Assembly (NCBI RefSeq): GCF_018350175.1
Contig: NC_058368.1
Location: 138,200,001 to 138,264,000, forward strand
Length of the DNA: 64,000 bases
Direction of reading: 5' to 3'
Source: Felis catus
Lineage: Eukaryota
Of the stretch, positions 38,501-51,785 are shown piece after piece (the stretch's first letter is position 1; each line of letters begins with the position of its first letter). Under the pieces are notes generated by a model that saw only the letters and a program-made list of their open reading frames with translations, had not been told where the DNA came from and searched no databases. A program made the translations under genes and the position numbers.

Positions 38501-40231
38501 AAGGTGAATGCAAGGATAACAAAACTAGTTCTTAGTTCTGCTCATCTTTGAAGTGAGGGTCAGAGTTTTGACAACAAAGCTCTTTCTCTTGGTAGTTCAT
38601 AACGTGGCTTTTGGGTGACTGGTCAGTACATTCACTGGTACCACACAATTTGTGGTGCTGTTGCTTTTGGTTCTATGTTTTTAAGATAGAATCCATCAAT
38701 TGTTTGCAATTGTTTTGTTGAATGTCTTGTTCTTAGTCTAGTTACCGATGAAGTCTTACATTTGCCGGTGATAGAAGTGGCTAAAAAAAGGGCATAACCA
38801 GCCCCCAAATGTGGTGGCAGAAATACCAGGTGCGTTATAGTGTGTGGACTTAAAACATTCTAGAGCAGTTAGAGGGCGCGTTGAGTTATTTATGATTGTT
38901 TTTCACACATTCTGTAAAATGACCTATAAGCAGGTATTTTCTTCAGAACACATCGAAAGTGTTTTGTCAGGTTCTTGATTTATAATCTTTGGAACATGCT
39001 TTTTTAAAAATTTTGTGTGATTACAATGAAAGTGTATGGTAATTGATCATGAAGATTATGCTTGTGAAGAATTTGTGGGTGTGTGTTACCTATTTAAGTA
39101 AATTGATAAAAGAAGACGTTATGGATGTAAGAAAATGCGTCCCATTTACGCTGTGTATTTACTCAAGGAGCTTGATGAAATTTCATTTTGGTCTTCTGTG
39201 GTGAACAGGTAGGTTAAGAAATAGAATCTAAAGCTGATGCCATTTGACTCATACAATTGATGTATTTTTGTCACTTGCATAATGTCATCCAGCAGTTTCT
39301 AAGAAAGAACAATTTTTTATCCTAGTACATCAGCCCAACAGTTAATAATTTTTTTTTTTTTCATTTTCTCATGCACTCTCATGGGCTTACCTGGGTTATA
39401 TGTTATGATACAGATAGGACGGGCAGGGAGATCATTGCCATTTCTGGTGAAGTGGCAACACTATTCATTTTGTACCCACTCTAGAACACTTGCTGGAGTG
39501 TCAGGGAAGATGACATTTGCTATAAATAAAACTTTGAATCCACACTATTAGAGTCATTTACAGACATGGGTGTTCTATTATTAATATAGCACTAAGAGAG
39601 TGTTATTAATATAATTAGTACTATACCTTATGGTTAGTATCAATAATCTCACATTGAAAATGCTTGAAGTAGCTATTAATAACGGAATATAGTATCAGTG
39701 ACAATTAATATTTATTGACCTCTTGCTAAATGCTAGGCATGTGTTTAGTGCCTTACATGTTTGAACTCCTGTAACCCTCATACCCTATGACAGGGAAAGC
39801 ACGACGAAGATCAGCTTTTATAGAAGAAGAAACTCTGTTAAGGTATTGGGACATTAAGTAATTTAACCACAGTCACAGGAAATGAAGCATTCTGGCTCCA
39901 CTGTGTTTTATTGCCTTCAACCTTAGGCTCCCTACAAATACGTTGCACCGCTCTCTTTGGGATTCAACTTTAAGCAACCTCATCTCTTTGTAACAAAGCT
40001 GGGAGCATAGAAGCAAGTGAAAACAATTCTGTAATTAAAATAGCAACATTCTCTTTAAGAGTGTGCACAGTCAGGCTGTACAGAACTACTGGACGTTGTA
40101 CTATTTTAGGTCTGTTAGTAAAGGGTATGGAGCCCCGACACTGGAGTGGAATCCAGGGGTTGTAGTTCAGGCACTGATGCTTCCAAGTTATTAAGTGAGA
40201 TGAATGTTAATCTGTTAGAAATTGAAAGCAC

Positions 40232-40454
40232 GGGGGGCCTGGGTGGCTCAGTTGGTTAAGCGGCCGACTTCGGCTCAGGTCATGATCTCGCGGTCCGTGA
40301 GTTCAAGCCCCGCGTCGGGCCCTGTGCTGACAGCTCAGAGCCTGGAGCCTGTTTCAGATTCTGTGTCTCCCTCTCTCTGATCCTCCCCCGTTCATGCTCT
40401 GTCTCTCTCTGTCTCAAAAATAAATTAACGTTAAAAAAAATTTAAAAAAAATAA
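40232..40454 (+). mobile_element. Felid Can-SINE
   Basis: TSD agaaattgaaagca. Confidence 0.95.
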
Positions 40455-40529
40455 AGAAATTGAAAGCAAAAGTCTAATGATTTTATAGAAATCTCTTTTG
40501 ATTGGAAAAACAGTGCTTGAAATGGGCAC

Positions 40530-40836
40530 ATATTTATCTATTCACGTCTTCTGCCCATCTCTTCACTGGATTATTTGTTTTTCGGGTGTGGAGTTTGGTG
40601 GGTTCTTTATGGATTTTGGATACTAGCCCTTATTCCGATATGTCATTTACAAATATCTTCTCCCATTCTGTCAGTTGCTTTTAGTTTTGTTGATTGTTTC
40701 CTTTGCTGTGCAGAAGCTTTTTATCTTGATGAGGGCCCAATAGTTCGTTTTTGCTTTTATTCCCCTTGTCTCCGGAGACCTGTCTAGTAAGAAGTTGCTG
40801 CAGCCGAGGTCAAAGAGGTTGCTGCCTGTTTTCTCC
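40530..40836 (-). mobile_element. Internal L1 ORF2 fragment
   Basis: tttgctgtgcagaagctttttatcttgatg...agtaagaagttgctg. Confidence 0.88.
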
Positions 40837-41004
40837 ATATTTATCTAGTACGTTCTGTAGGCTTTAAATAACTGGGAAGGTTTGGATGTAGAATAGAAAA
40901 TACATGCATGTAGATCTTAACATGTGAATGAATGTGTTTAAAAAACACAATCTGCGCTTGTTTTTGTTGTTGTTTTACGGTTTGATTAAGAAGGTAAAGT
41001 TTGA

Positions 41005-41227
41005 GGGGCGCCTGGCTGGCGCAGTCGGTTGAGCGTCCGACTTCAGCCAGGTCACGATCTTGCGGTCCGTGAGTTCGAGCCCCGCGTCAGGCTCTGGGCT
41101 GATGGCTCAGAGCCTGGAGCCTGTTTCTGATTCTATATCTCCCTCTCTCTCTGCCCCTCCCCCGTTCATGCTCTGTCTCTCTCTGTCCCAAAAATAAATA
41201 AACGTTGAAAAAAAAATTAAAAAAAAA
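41005..41227 (+). mobile_element. Young SINEC_Fc just upstream of exon 41299
   Basis: Perfect TSD aagaaggtaaagtttga. Confidence 0.95.
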
Positions 41228-41298
41228 AAGAAGGTAAAGTTTGACTGTAAAATAAGTTCCATCTACTCTTTTCTGTCCCATTTTCATTTTTCTGCTAG

Positions 41299-41420
41299 AT
41301 CACTCTTTTGATGTCTTCAAAAAATCCAAGCGTTCCCCAGCATTCTCTGCTGCAGGCCAGCTCTCTGACGTGCTGAATGGTGGCGATGAAGTTTATGCCA
41401 ACTGTATGGTGATAGATCAG
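41299..41420 (+). CDS. ARHGEF28: ARHGEF28 coding exon (~exon 10), 122 nt, (D)HSFDVFKKSKRSPAFSAAGQLSDVLNGGDEVYANCMVIDQ
   Basis: Pyrimidine tract then tag|AT...CAG|gtaagg. Recognisable GGDEVYANCMVIDQ motif. Phase 1 to 0. Confidence 0.95.
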
Positions 41421-41715
41421 GTAAGGTGTGACTGATGTTACAAGAGGGATCTTGCTCTCTTTCCAAACGCTGAGTAACTGGGAAATATATTCAGCCTTGG
41501 TTTGCAGCTCTCAAGATTTCAGCCTGAGGGTGGCCCTGGTGATGCTACAGTAGAGCCTCCTCATATGAGCATTTAACTTAAGTTCTTCTTTCCATTCACA
41601 GCACACATTAACCCATCATGAAGCACTACAGAGAGGGATCGTGAGACACTGTCAAATGAGAAGAGTGTGAGAGCTCTTGTCTTACAGCCAAAATAGGAAA
41701 TGACAGTTGGAAGCT

Positions 41716-41716
<1 letters not shown>

Positions 41717-41757
<41 letters not shown>

Positions 41758-41860
41758 CACACACACACACACATATATATGTATATGTATATATATGTAT
41801 ATATATATTAAACATACATATGTATATATATATACATATATATACATAATATATATATTA
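41717..41860. repeat. Compound (TA)/(CA)n microsatellite at a SINE tail
   Basis: Seen directly. Confidence 0.95.
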
Positions 41861-42059
41861 AACATTTATTTATTTTTGAGAGGCAGAGACAGTGTGAGCA
41901 GGGGAGGGGCAGAGAAAAAGAGGTTGACACAACCTGAAGCAGGCTCCAGACTCCCAGTTTTCGGCACAGAGTTCAACATGGGGCTCAAACTGACGAACTG
42001 TGAGATCATGACCTGGGTTGAAGTCAGCTGCTTACCCAACTCAGCTACCCAGGCACCCC
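41861..42059 (-). mobile_element. Felid Can-SINE (Fc2-like, diverged)
   Basis: Ends acccaggcacccc. Confidence 0.9.
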
Positions 42060-43609
42060 GTGAAACTAATATCTTCTTTACAGCTTTTCAAAGTAACAGT
42101 GTGTGTACAACCTGATTCGACAATAGTTGTATTCAAATCCAGCAAACAGTTACGAGCGAGAGCTTGATGCTAGCCCCATACAATGTTGCCATATAAATCA
42201 CTTCTTTAATCCTTACAACGCCCCTGTTAACATAGGCTAAGGTTATATAGCTTCAATATTAAAAGAGAATGGTATCATACTCCTGGGAAGTTAGAACCCT
42301 TTAGAATGCCCCACCTATTCTCTGGCAGAGATTGGTGAGTTAGATCTCATAGAGGCATGTGGTTTGAATGATCCTCAGATTTTAATATTTATAAAAATTA
42401 ATACATAGTTTTAGATCTGAAGATTGCACACTAATTTATGGACAATTTTAGGCATTTTCAAGGGTAATTTTGACAGCATATAATTTTTGCCTTATCCACA
42501 GACCTCAAAACCTAATGTCCAGAAAAGGTGCATCATATATATGCTTATTGAGCCCCCTTTTGTTGTTGTTAGTATGCGTATTACTTATAGATGTTTTCTG
42601 TGATACATACTTTTCTGTCTAGTAGATCTCAATTTCACCCCGAGTCAAGTATTTTGGGTTGTTTTCCTTTTGTGTTAAAATCATTATTACATCAAATCAT
42701 TGTTACATCATAAATGGCAGAGATTGGGATGATACTAAGAATGACAGAGGAACCAATAAATGAGAACGGAAATTAGTTGTAAATAGCTGGTATGGTTTTT
42801 TTTTTGGCATAAAGCAGCTGAGTGTCAACCCTAGTTACAGAAATCTAGGATGAAACAGAGTTTAGGACAAACAGGGAGTTCTGGGGACATTCTTTGAAGA
42901 CACAGGGAAATTGGGTTCGGTGTGCTCTAGCGACATTCTGTTTCTAATGGTTGTGGTATTTTCTCAGCATTTAAATGAAATACTACTTGAGTTCTTATCT
43001 TTTGGCTCTGAGCCTTAGTGAATACTGCAATATTTCCTTTTACTTCAAGTCGCTAAAACTGTACATGACTCAGTATTACGTGGGGGACACTTGTATTCTT
43101 GCATTAAGCATGCAAAACTTCCCAAACCAAAGATGAGGTTAGGATATAATTTTGTTTGGGGAGAACTTGAGATAAGTATTGCTTTAGTAATGTGAGGTGT
43201 GAATTTCAAGAGAACTCAAATAGCCTAATCGATAAACTGAAATGGGGCTGGATTTGTGCAATGAAAACAGAACTAAAACTACAAGTATGAATACAAATCA
43301 CAAAGTTCACTCTGTCAGTGGGGCATAGTTATATGGTTTCTTTTACTTTTCCTACATCGATTTGAATAGCAAGGATAATATAAGAAGTCCAAATTCTGCA
43401 TATTTGAAATAATTGCTATCAGTATCTGAGAAGAATCCTGTTTAATTTCTTTCATCTGCCCCAGCCTGGCACAGAAATCTAACTAGATTGTGATGAGAAT
43501 CTTATTTGTGATGCTTTTTCCAGTGAATTCTCAAAGCTATCAACCTATCTGATGAGGAGATACACATGGTAGAAACTATTTTGCAAATTACTCTGTCATA
43601 TAAACTACT

Positions 43610-44440
43610 TTGAAAAAAATCCATTTTATTTGGACATCATTTCAAACCATAATTTGGTACAAAGAATACATGTATACTCTTTATCAAAATTCCCCAAATG
43701 TTAATATTTTACCACATTTTAGGGTAAATATACTCTGAGCATGTGTTTGTAGATGCAAATGATGAAAATAAGTACATAAATATTAACCATTTCAGGCAAG
43801 TTGAAAATATGGTGCCCTTTTACCCCTCAGTCTTTCATAGTCTATTTCCTAAAAAACATGGTTATCCTCTTACTAAGCACCTATAGTTACTGAAATCAGG
43901 AAATCACCATTGACATAGCATTAACTGTCTACAGACCTCACTCACTTTTACAGATTGACTCAATAAATTCTTTGTAGCAAAAGAATATTCAGTTAAATGT
44001 CTCGCATTTAGTTGTCCTTTCTCTTTAAATCTCCTATAGTTTGCAACCTGTCCTTAGTCTTTGTCTTTCATGAAGTTGATAATTTTGAAGACTACAGACC
44101 AGGAATGTCCTTCACTTTTGGTTTCTCTGATAATTCCTCACAACTGGGTTCAGGCTACGTGTGGTTGGCAGGAATATTAAAGAAAGGATGTTGTGTTCTT
44201 CTCAGTGCATTGTATCAGGAGGCACATGACGCTAATTTATCCCATTACTGGTGATGTTATCTTTGATTTGCCAAGTTTGTTTTCAGTAAAATTACTCTCT
44301 CCTTTTAAAATATTAAGCGTCTTGCAGGGAGAGAGTTTGAGTCTGTACATCTCCTGTTACTTAACAAACTCTGAACTGCTGGTTTGAGCATTCCTTGATG
44401 ATTGTTTTTGCTGTAGTGAATTATTATGATGATGAAGATT
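43610..44440 (-). mobile_element. Old L1MC/ME-like 3' fragment
   Basis: ccccaaatgttaatattttaccacatt...aaatcaggaaat.accattga...gtgcattgtatcaggaggcacatga. Confidence 0.6.
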
Positions 44441-44958
44441 TAGGACTCCACCTTTCCTCCTTTTACTTCATTCCCCCTGTACTACCCTGTCATCAGTTTC
44501 ACTCTCTTTCTTATTACTGTTTTGTCACCTGGAAGTAACTCCTTTGATTACTGCCACCTCAGATCACTGATGCTTTTAAGCCCCTTCCTTAGAACAAGGG
44601 CTTTGATCAACCAGGATTTTTTTTTTTTTTCATATGTGTAGGTTGCCCTTTCTTTTTCCAGTGATGGTTTTAGGTCAGTCTTAGGCCCTCCACTATCTCC
44701 CTGTTTACTGTGCCATGCAGAATTTTCCAGACAGCTCTCATTTTCTGCACAGGCTTATGGCAGGAGTCTAGCAGGTTGTTTGCTGAAATTTGGCATTAGC
44801 GTTATTTTTTACTGATAATTTGAAGTTTGGGGCATTTTATGTCTTTTAGTTAAGTCCCTGCATCCTATGTAGTTTTATTCTTATTTTAGTTTGTAATTTG
44901 TTTTGTTTTTTTGAGACTAGGATTTATGTGACCACCACTACCTTGGTTATCCAGAGTC

Positions 44959-45043
44959 CAGGGACCTAAATCCTAAATTTTCTAAGGTTTAAGACATTTT
45001 TGTGAAAATAAAATAGACACAGTATATAACCATTATGTCATTG
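44959..45043 (+). repeat. 85-bp direct repeat, copy 1
   Basis: Ungapped match to 46288-46372, 9 mismatches by manual alignment. Confidence 0.92.
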
Positions 45044-45370
45044 CCTACTCTTTAATTTTTGCTCAAGTATTTAAAATACATCCCTTTTTTTGAGTCAGTG
45101 GCTCATAAAATGTTAAAAGCATAGTCCATTTTGGGTTTTGTAGTAAAGAACAACTTTATAAAGCACTCAGGTGGTCTTCTTCCTTTTGTGAATTATGGGA
45201 TAGCACCCAAGTGAATAAAAACACCATGAAAGAATTTCTCCTTACATAAAACGAGAACAAACAAAACAAGGTAAATAAGGTGGAAGGTTGTTAAATTGGG
45301 GAAACTTTATTCTCTGTTCCGCCAGTCTTTCCTACTTTTGCTCCGCAAATATTTTTCTTTCAACTACTAG

Positions 45371-45651
45371 GTTGGCGATTTGGATATTAACTACATTAAC
45401 ATAGAAGGTATCACTACAAACACCTGCCCTGAATCGATGGGTTCTACTCTGGGACCTCAGAGCTGCAAGCATATCCTTGCTGCGGAAACCAGCCATGGAA
45501 AATACCCGCTAAGTGAGAAGAAGGAAGTGGCCTCAAGTACTGAAGCTCGGCAGTCCTTCGCATCACCATCTGGTTCATATGCTTCCGATTTTAATCTTTC
45601 TTTTGGTCTTCATGGATTTGAAAAGGAACAAAGTCACCTAAAGAAAAGAAG
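45371..45651 (+). CDS. ARHGEF28: ARHGEF28 coding exon (~exon 11), 281 nt, VGDLDINYINIEG...GFEKEQSHLKKR
   Basis: ctag|GTT...AG|gtaagg. Overlaps ORF 45380-45655. Phase 0 to 2. Confidence 0.96.
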
Positions 45652-45829
45652 GTAAGGGGAAAAAAAGGTAAGATACTATATTCTAAAGGAAAAGTGTAGA
45701 ATATCAAAAAGCTTTGTAGCTGAACTTGTGAAATTATATTTTATTAGATTTTATTGTCCCATCCACTTTGATCTCTACATCAAAACATTACCCCCTTTTA
45801 CATTCCTATATTCCTTGCCTTAAAAGTAA

Positions 45830-46035
45830 GACACTTATGAAAATGGACAAAAAATAATAGAGGAAAAGCACAATGAGATAGCATTCTACATTACTTGATA
45901 GGCAAAAATTTTTAAAGTGTAACAATACCACATTTTGTTGAAAATGTATACAGTGGAAATCCCAAATACAGTTGATAGGAGTGAAAATTGCATTGTAACT
46001 TTGGAAAATAATTTGGCATTATCTAGTAAAGACAT
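45830..46035 (+). mobile_element. Old L1M ORF2-end fragment
   Basis: caatgagatagcatt...actttggaaaataatttggcattatctagtaaag. Confidence 0.6.
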
Positions 46036-46287
46036 TTGATCTCTTGTAGAAAATGTAGGAATGAGGAGAAAGGACTTGCGATCCCCCAGAAAGCCCCATT
46101 TTGGCTCTGGGATGACTGTGGGACCCTTCTTTCAGTGGATGCCAGGTTAGGAGTGAGTAACAGGGTTGATGATGAGCTCAAAGTGAAACGCACCTCACTC
46201 ATTATAAAAGTCAATAACAAGCTGAGAGGCTGGCAACTTCTCATGAAGGAGAAATTTGAGGGCACACAATAAAAACTGGGGTTAACA

Positions 46288-46372
46288 CAGGGACCTGAAT
46301 CCAAAATTTTCTAAGGTTTAAGACATTTTGGTGAAAATTAAATAGACCCAACATATAACCATTATGTTACTG
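46288..46372 (+). repeat. 85-bp direct repeat, copy 2
   Basis: Ungapped match to 44959-45043. Confidence 0.92.
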
Positions 46373-46746
46373 AAACTTAACTGTTTTGAGAAGCTACAAG
46401 GGGAAAGTAAGCAATGCAACATTTATTTTAAAATGCCCAACAGCAACAACAAAAAAAAGATGAATGAAGTTTCATTCTAAAACTTGCCTTTTTTGTTTTA
46501 CCACCATCCACAGTAAGAAATACTTTTCACACCATGACCCCGCGCCACAAACATACACAAAAACAGTAAAGAAATGTCCTATGAAATAACATGTGGAATG
46601 TATTCTGTTATTTTCTATTATATACTATTTTAAAAGAAAATTTGGGTCACAACCTACAATATATTTCATATTTCACTAATGGGATTTTTAAAAACAGCAT
46701 TATAAAACATTGACCGAGAGGTGATCCCGAAGAATATTGTTCATGA

Positions 46747-46970
46747 GGGGCGCCTGGGTAGCTCAGTCGGTTAAGGGTCTGACTTTTGCTCAGGTAATGG
46801 TCTCGCGGTTCATGAGTTCGAGCCCCCCATCGGGCTCTGTGCTGACAGCTCAGAGCCTGGAGCCTGCTTCAGATTCTGGACCACCCTTTCTCTCTGCCAC
46901 TTCCCTATTCACGCTCTGTCTCTCTCTCACACAAAAATAAACAAACACTAAAAAATTTTTTATAAAAAAA
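46747..46970 (+). mobile_element. Felid Can-SINE (Fc2-like)
   Basis: TSD aagaatattgttcatga. Confidence 0.93.
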
Positions 46971-48074
46971 AAGAATATTGTTCATGATACCAAATAGCCT
47001 AACAGCTTAATGAAGAAAAATAGTAGCCCAATTGAAATTAGTAGAAAAAGGAATGTTTTAATGTGTAGCATGCAAAATAAGATAATAATCACTGATAGTT
47101 GTAGCGTATACTCACAGCAATGGAGAAATGTTGTATGTAACTGGAAAGGCTTATGTTAAATTACGATAGGATTGCAGGCAGCCAACCATTTGAACTTAAT
47201 GTTCATTAATACAGAGATCGCAAGTTAAAAGCAAATAGAGGGGGACAAGACATCAGCACACCTTTAACCCCTTTATCCCCTAAGGTCTCTGTCTACTCTC
47301 TGACTACCATTGAATTAAGGAAACTACATAGCACCTTAATATATCTATAATTACATTAGTAACATTCAGAGCACAAGTATTTGCCAGAAAGTGTTTCTTC
47401 ACCCCAAGCCTTAGTTTTTTTGTTTTTTTTTTGTTTTTTTATGAGAAATCACTTTATGGACTTCAACATTTGCACTGAATTACAGTGTGAAGTCCACCCC
47501 CGGTGTGTTCTGTGCTCAATGCCAAGGTGAAATCCCTCCATGGGTTCTGAAAGGAGAAAACCCCACTTTGGAACAGCTCACTGATGCCAGTTGTGGCTTT
47601 CATTTCTATGTAAGTGTCACAATTGATTACGTTGGTATTCAGTGGCCATTAAGTAGCCTATGGATTTTTAAGAAAAAGAACCAACATGGACTAATTCAAA
47701 GTTTCATATTCTGCCTCATATTTCATAAGCGAGATGGTTTTATTGTGTTGTCATTAACATTTTAACTCCAGTACTGCAACAATGAAAGAAAAACACGTTT
47801 GAAAATGCATTGAGCATTAACATGCCTATAGAAGCACTTGGCTTCAAAGTTTGAGCGGTTTAAAATGTAAATATTATGGAGTGAGCCAGGAATAGGGAAG
47901 GTCACATTCTTTCCTTTTAATTTTATGGTGATTAAAGTGAAAATAGGAAAGAAAAGCAGTAGGTTAGCAGAATTATTACCTGCTTCTGAGGGGGAATTCT
48001 CACCTAAAATCTCTAAAAATGGTGATCTAACGTGACACATTTGGGACCCCACTTGATTCATGTTGACTCCTGTC

Positions 48075-48270
48075 TTTTTTATTTTTTCTTTGTCAAAGTT
48101 TTATTTTAATTCTAGTTAGTTAATATACAGTGCAATATTGTTTCAGGAGAACTGAGTGATTCACCACTTGCGTATAACAGCCGGTGCTCATCATGACAAG
48201 TGCCCCTGTTAATGCCCATCACCCATCTAGCCCACCCCCATCCACCTCCCTCTTATTGTTAAGACTCTCT
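48075..48270 (-). mobile_element. Carnivore L1 extreme 3' end
   Basis: tagttaatatacagtg...gtgctcatcatgacaagtgcccc. Confidence 0.8.
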
Positions 48271-48731
48271 CATATTTACTCTTTTCTTGACAATAGTCAG
48301 TTCTGAGGCGTGAACTGCAGTCTGTCCCTGATTGTCCCCGAGCTTTCCAGCCCCATGCTGCCTATTCCCCACCGGCCTCCCAAAGAGCCCAGTGGTTTTG
48401 TTTCATCCACCGTTTTAGTATTTGAAGGATACGTAAGGCCGGTAATAATTAGATTTATGAAATAAGTAAGGCAGAACCAACTTACAGCAGGTTTTGTTAA
48501 AGTACTTGAAATGGCTTTTGTTAGGTAGCAGTGTTCGTTTGGGGAAACATAAAATTTTGTTTGAGAAGAAGAGATTTCGGGGGGAGAAAAAAATTCTAAG
48601 TTTTGTTAGAAACAAAATGAGTCTGCACTGCATCTTCAGCCAAGGAGAATTTGAATTGAGAGAAACAGAAACCAGTGCCTGTGTCGGTCAGTCTGTAGGC
48701 TTATGTGATGTTTACTTACCTTGTGCTTTAG

Positions 48732-48939
48732 TTCCAGCCTCGATGCCCTGGATGCCGACAGTGAAGGGGAGGGGCATTCTGAACATTCACACGTTTGCTA
48801 CACTCCAGTGTCTCAGAGTTCCTCAAGAACCGGGATCCCTAGTGGGGATGAATTGGACTCTTTTGAGACCACCCCTGAACCAGATTTTAGTATCTCCAGG
48901 ACCGAGTCCCTTTCTTTATCAAGTAACCTGCAGTTGAAG
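48732..48939 (+). CDS. ARHGEF28: ARHGEF28 coding exon (~exon 12), 208 nt, SSSLDALDADSEGEGHSE...SSNLQLK
   Basis: tttag|T TCC...AAG|gtattc. Within ORF 48721-49146. Phase 2 to 0. Confidence 0.96.
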
Positions 48940-49511
48940 GTATTCTTAATGCTATTAATTTGGTTTGTTGTTAGCATGGAAGCCATGTTCTCTAAAGCAG
49001 TCCATCTCTATGTGAAGGACAGGTTATGTTTCATTCGCCTGTGTGAACAATTTTTTTTTTTTGTTTTTTGTTTCTTTTTGGAGACTCATGAGCTGTGTGA
49101 TTGGGTCTGTCTTGTTAATCTCTCCCACTCCGTTTCATCCGTATAGTGCTTCAAATGACTGATTTATATTAAATTAATTTGCCATCAGTACATATAATCT
49201 TCCACATCCTTGGAAAACTTTACTGCCTCATACAATGATTTATGCCACCGTTACTTAAGCAAAGGGAGAAAAACTGGCAAGAAGAAGTGGATTTATGTGA
49301 TCAGTCTGGTTTTGGCTCACATACATTTTTACTTGGCTCCGGTGTTGAGGTAAATATTACTAAGGCAAAGGTGGTATTTGTTGAGCCTTCCCGGCTGCAC
49401 CAAGTAATGTGGGACACTGTAAACTCTGTCACTTTTCCTGTAGGAGAGGACTTTTCTCTCTCATAGACATTTTCACATTGGAGTTTTGTTGGGGTTGTTT
49501 GTTTCGTTTTG

Positions 49512-49737
49512 TTTTTTTGTTTTTAATTTTTTTTAACGTTTATTTATTTTTGAGACAGAGAGAGACAGAGCATGAACGGGGGAGGGGCAGAGAGAGAGGG
49601 AGACACAGAATCCGAAACAGGCTCCAGGCTCCGAGCTGTCAGCCCAGAGCCCGACGCGGGACTCGAACTCACGGACCGCGAGATCGTGACCTGAGCCGAA
49701 GTCGGCTGCTCAACCGACTGAGCCACCCAGGCGCCCC
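49512..49737 (-). mobile_element. Young felid Can-SINE
   Basis: Flanks tcgttttg on both sides, near-consensus body. Confidence 0.95.
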
Positions 49738-51673
49738 TCGTTTTGGTTTTTAAAGAATGAACTCTTTTAACCTTGAAGACAAAGCCTTTTTGTGTTTCCA
49801 CTTAAGTTTTCTTCCTTTTGGACTTCTTTTGTCTATTTGTTTTCTTTTTCAGTTGAGTTTACTACTGTAAAATAATGTGCCCTGTGCCCAAACTTCTCTT
49901 CCTGTGGACATCTGATAGTTATGATAATGCTCTGTTTTTGTAGTGTGCTTTGCAGTATATGAAGCATGTGTTACATTTGTACAAAATACATCATTTTCTC
50001 TTAGTTAGGACATAAATAATACCTTTTAGTTTTTGAGTAAATGAGGTTCTGGAGATATTAGATGTCTTGTCCAGGTTGCCCACGCTTGGTGATAGATAGA
50101 TCCATCGTTCGGTCCAGGCCTTCTGACTACGGTTCCTGAACCCTTTCCCTCAGCCCTTAGGCCTGTAGAGCAGTCATAATCTTTTGAACCTGAATGTCAT
50201 GTGATATTTCTGGATGGTGAGAAATGGGTATGGTCGTTCATGTAGATACTTCTTCTGCATTTTGAATGGAATGATGAAAAACTTCTCATTACTTGGAGGG
50301 AAAAGTAATTCCGTCTCTCTTGATCAGTTCCAAGTTGTTCGCTTTTCAGGAAGACTCTGCCTTATAAAACGTACCTTGCGTTGCTTCTGTAATTACCCTA
50401 TGTAACTTTTTGCCAAAGAGTTCTGGCTAATTTTCAAAGTTCCATTGTTAGGGGAAGTAATTACTATGTATGACTTAAATGCAGAGGGTGGCATTTGGCT
50501 AGGGCCCTTTGTGGCCAGTCACCATTAGGGGTATAGGACAGCTCTGGCTGGCCTTTCTGATACCTAGAACCAGCGAGCCCTCCCTAATAAGAAATTCAGC
50601 AGCCAAGTCTCAAGGCCCTTTGAAACAGAGGCAGGCTTCTGTTTTCAACTTGCCTCCAGGCCCATTAACTAAACCAGTGAACTTAAGGAAACCATATGTT
50701 TTCATCTAGGGAGAATGGAAGCTCCCAGCGCTTGTGAAGGACAGTTGCTGATGGCTTAATTTTAGTAACAAATTTTGTATTACTTTCTTTTAACTCTAAC
50801 TTTAAGTGATAGTTTAAAAATGGATAAGTGGGATCAATCCTAAGGATCCTAGGTCCCAATTGGGTGAGAGTTGGGTACCATAAATGGCTTTAATGGTATT
50901 CTATTGCATATTGATTTAACTTTTCTGGAACACATAAGGTAACCATGTTTTAATTATCTTGCCACCTTGCATTGTCACATATGTTGCAAATATAGAAATA
51001 GCGTGTAATTGGGAAGGAAGTAACAAAAATAGTAGGTCACCTAAAAAATAAAATTAAAGATCTATAAATCAATGATACTCAAATAGCATTTCAGGAAGTG
51101 CTAGATGGAAGGCCTTTTGGAAGATGGGCACAGACTAAAAGGATTTGGAAATTGACCTGATGCATTCTTCCTGAGAGGCTACAGCTAACATTATAACTTT
51201 AAATAGCTGTTGGGAAATCAAAAAACTCATGTAAGTGGCTATTTCTCTACCTTCTAATAATTATGAAATAAAAAGCTATAAGTTAATATGGAATTTTGCT
51301 TAGATACTACAGTACAAAATAACAAAAAAACCTGACAACTCGGTTGAAAAAAAAGTGACCCACTATTGAATATGCAGGGAAAAAAATCATTTGACTTAAT
51401 TTTTCACTTTTAACCAACCTGATTAGAATGTTATATTTGTATTTAAAGTGTATATGGGCAGGGAGACGCTCGAGTTTACTAAAGCATTCAAAAGACAGTA
51501 CAGTTTTAAAAGTTGTGATGGGCAAACAAGAACAAATGATGAGATCACATCAGAAATATTCACACTGAGTCTTTTCACAGAGACGCTGACTTACTAACAT
51601 TTGTGGTGAACACATACTCTCAAGTCCTGTGTGGAATTTTTTTTTTTTTAAACTTTGTTATGATCTCTTCTAG

Positions 51674-51785
51674 GAATCATTACTTTCTGGAGTCCGCTCA
51701 CGTTCTTATTCCTGCTCATCGCCCAAAATTTCTTTAGGAAAAACTCGGTTGGTGCGTGATTTTACGTTGTGCGGTTCTAGTGAAG
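51674..51785 (+). CDS. ARHGEF28: ARHGEF28 coding exon (~exon 13), 112 nt, ESLLSGVRSRSYSCSSPKISLGKTRLVRDFTLCGSSE
   Basis: ctcttctag|GAA...GAA G|gtaagc. Phase 0 to 1. Confidence 0.95.

Noticed and set aside
46036..46272. 78-aa ORF ending at an AATAAA next to direct-repeat copy 2, possible retrocopy
   Set aside because: No true ATG start, no poly-A tail or TSD, no protein I recognise.
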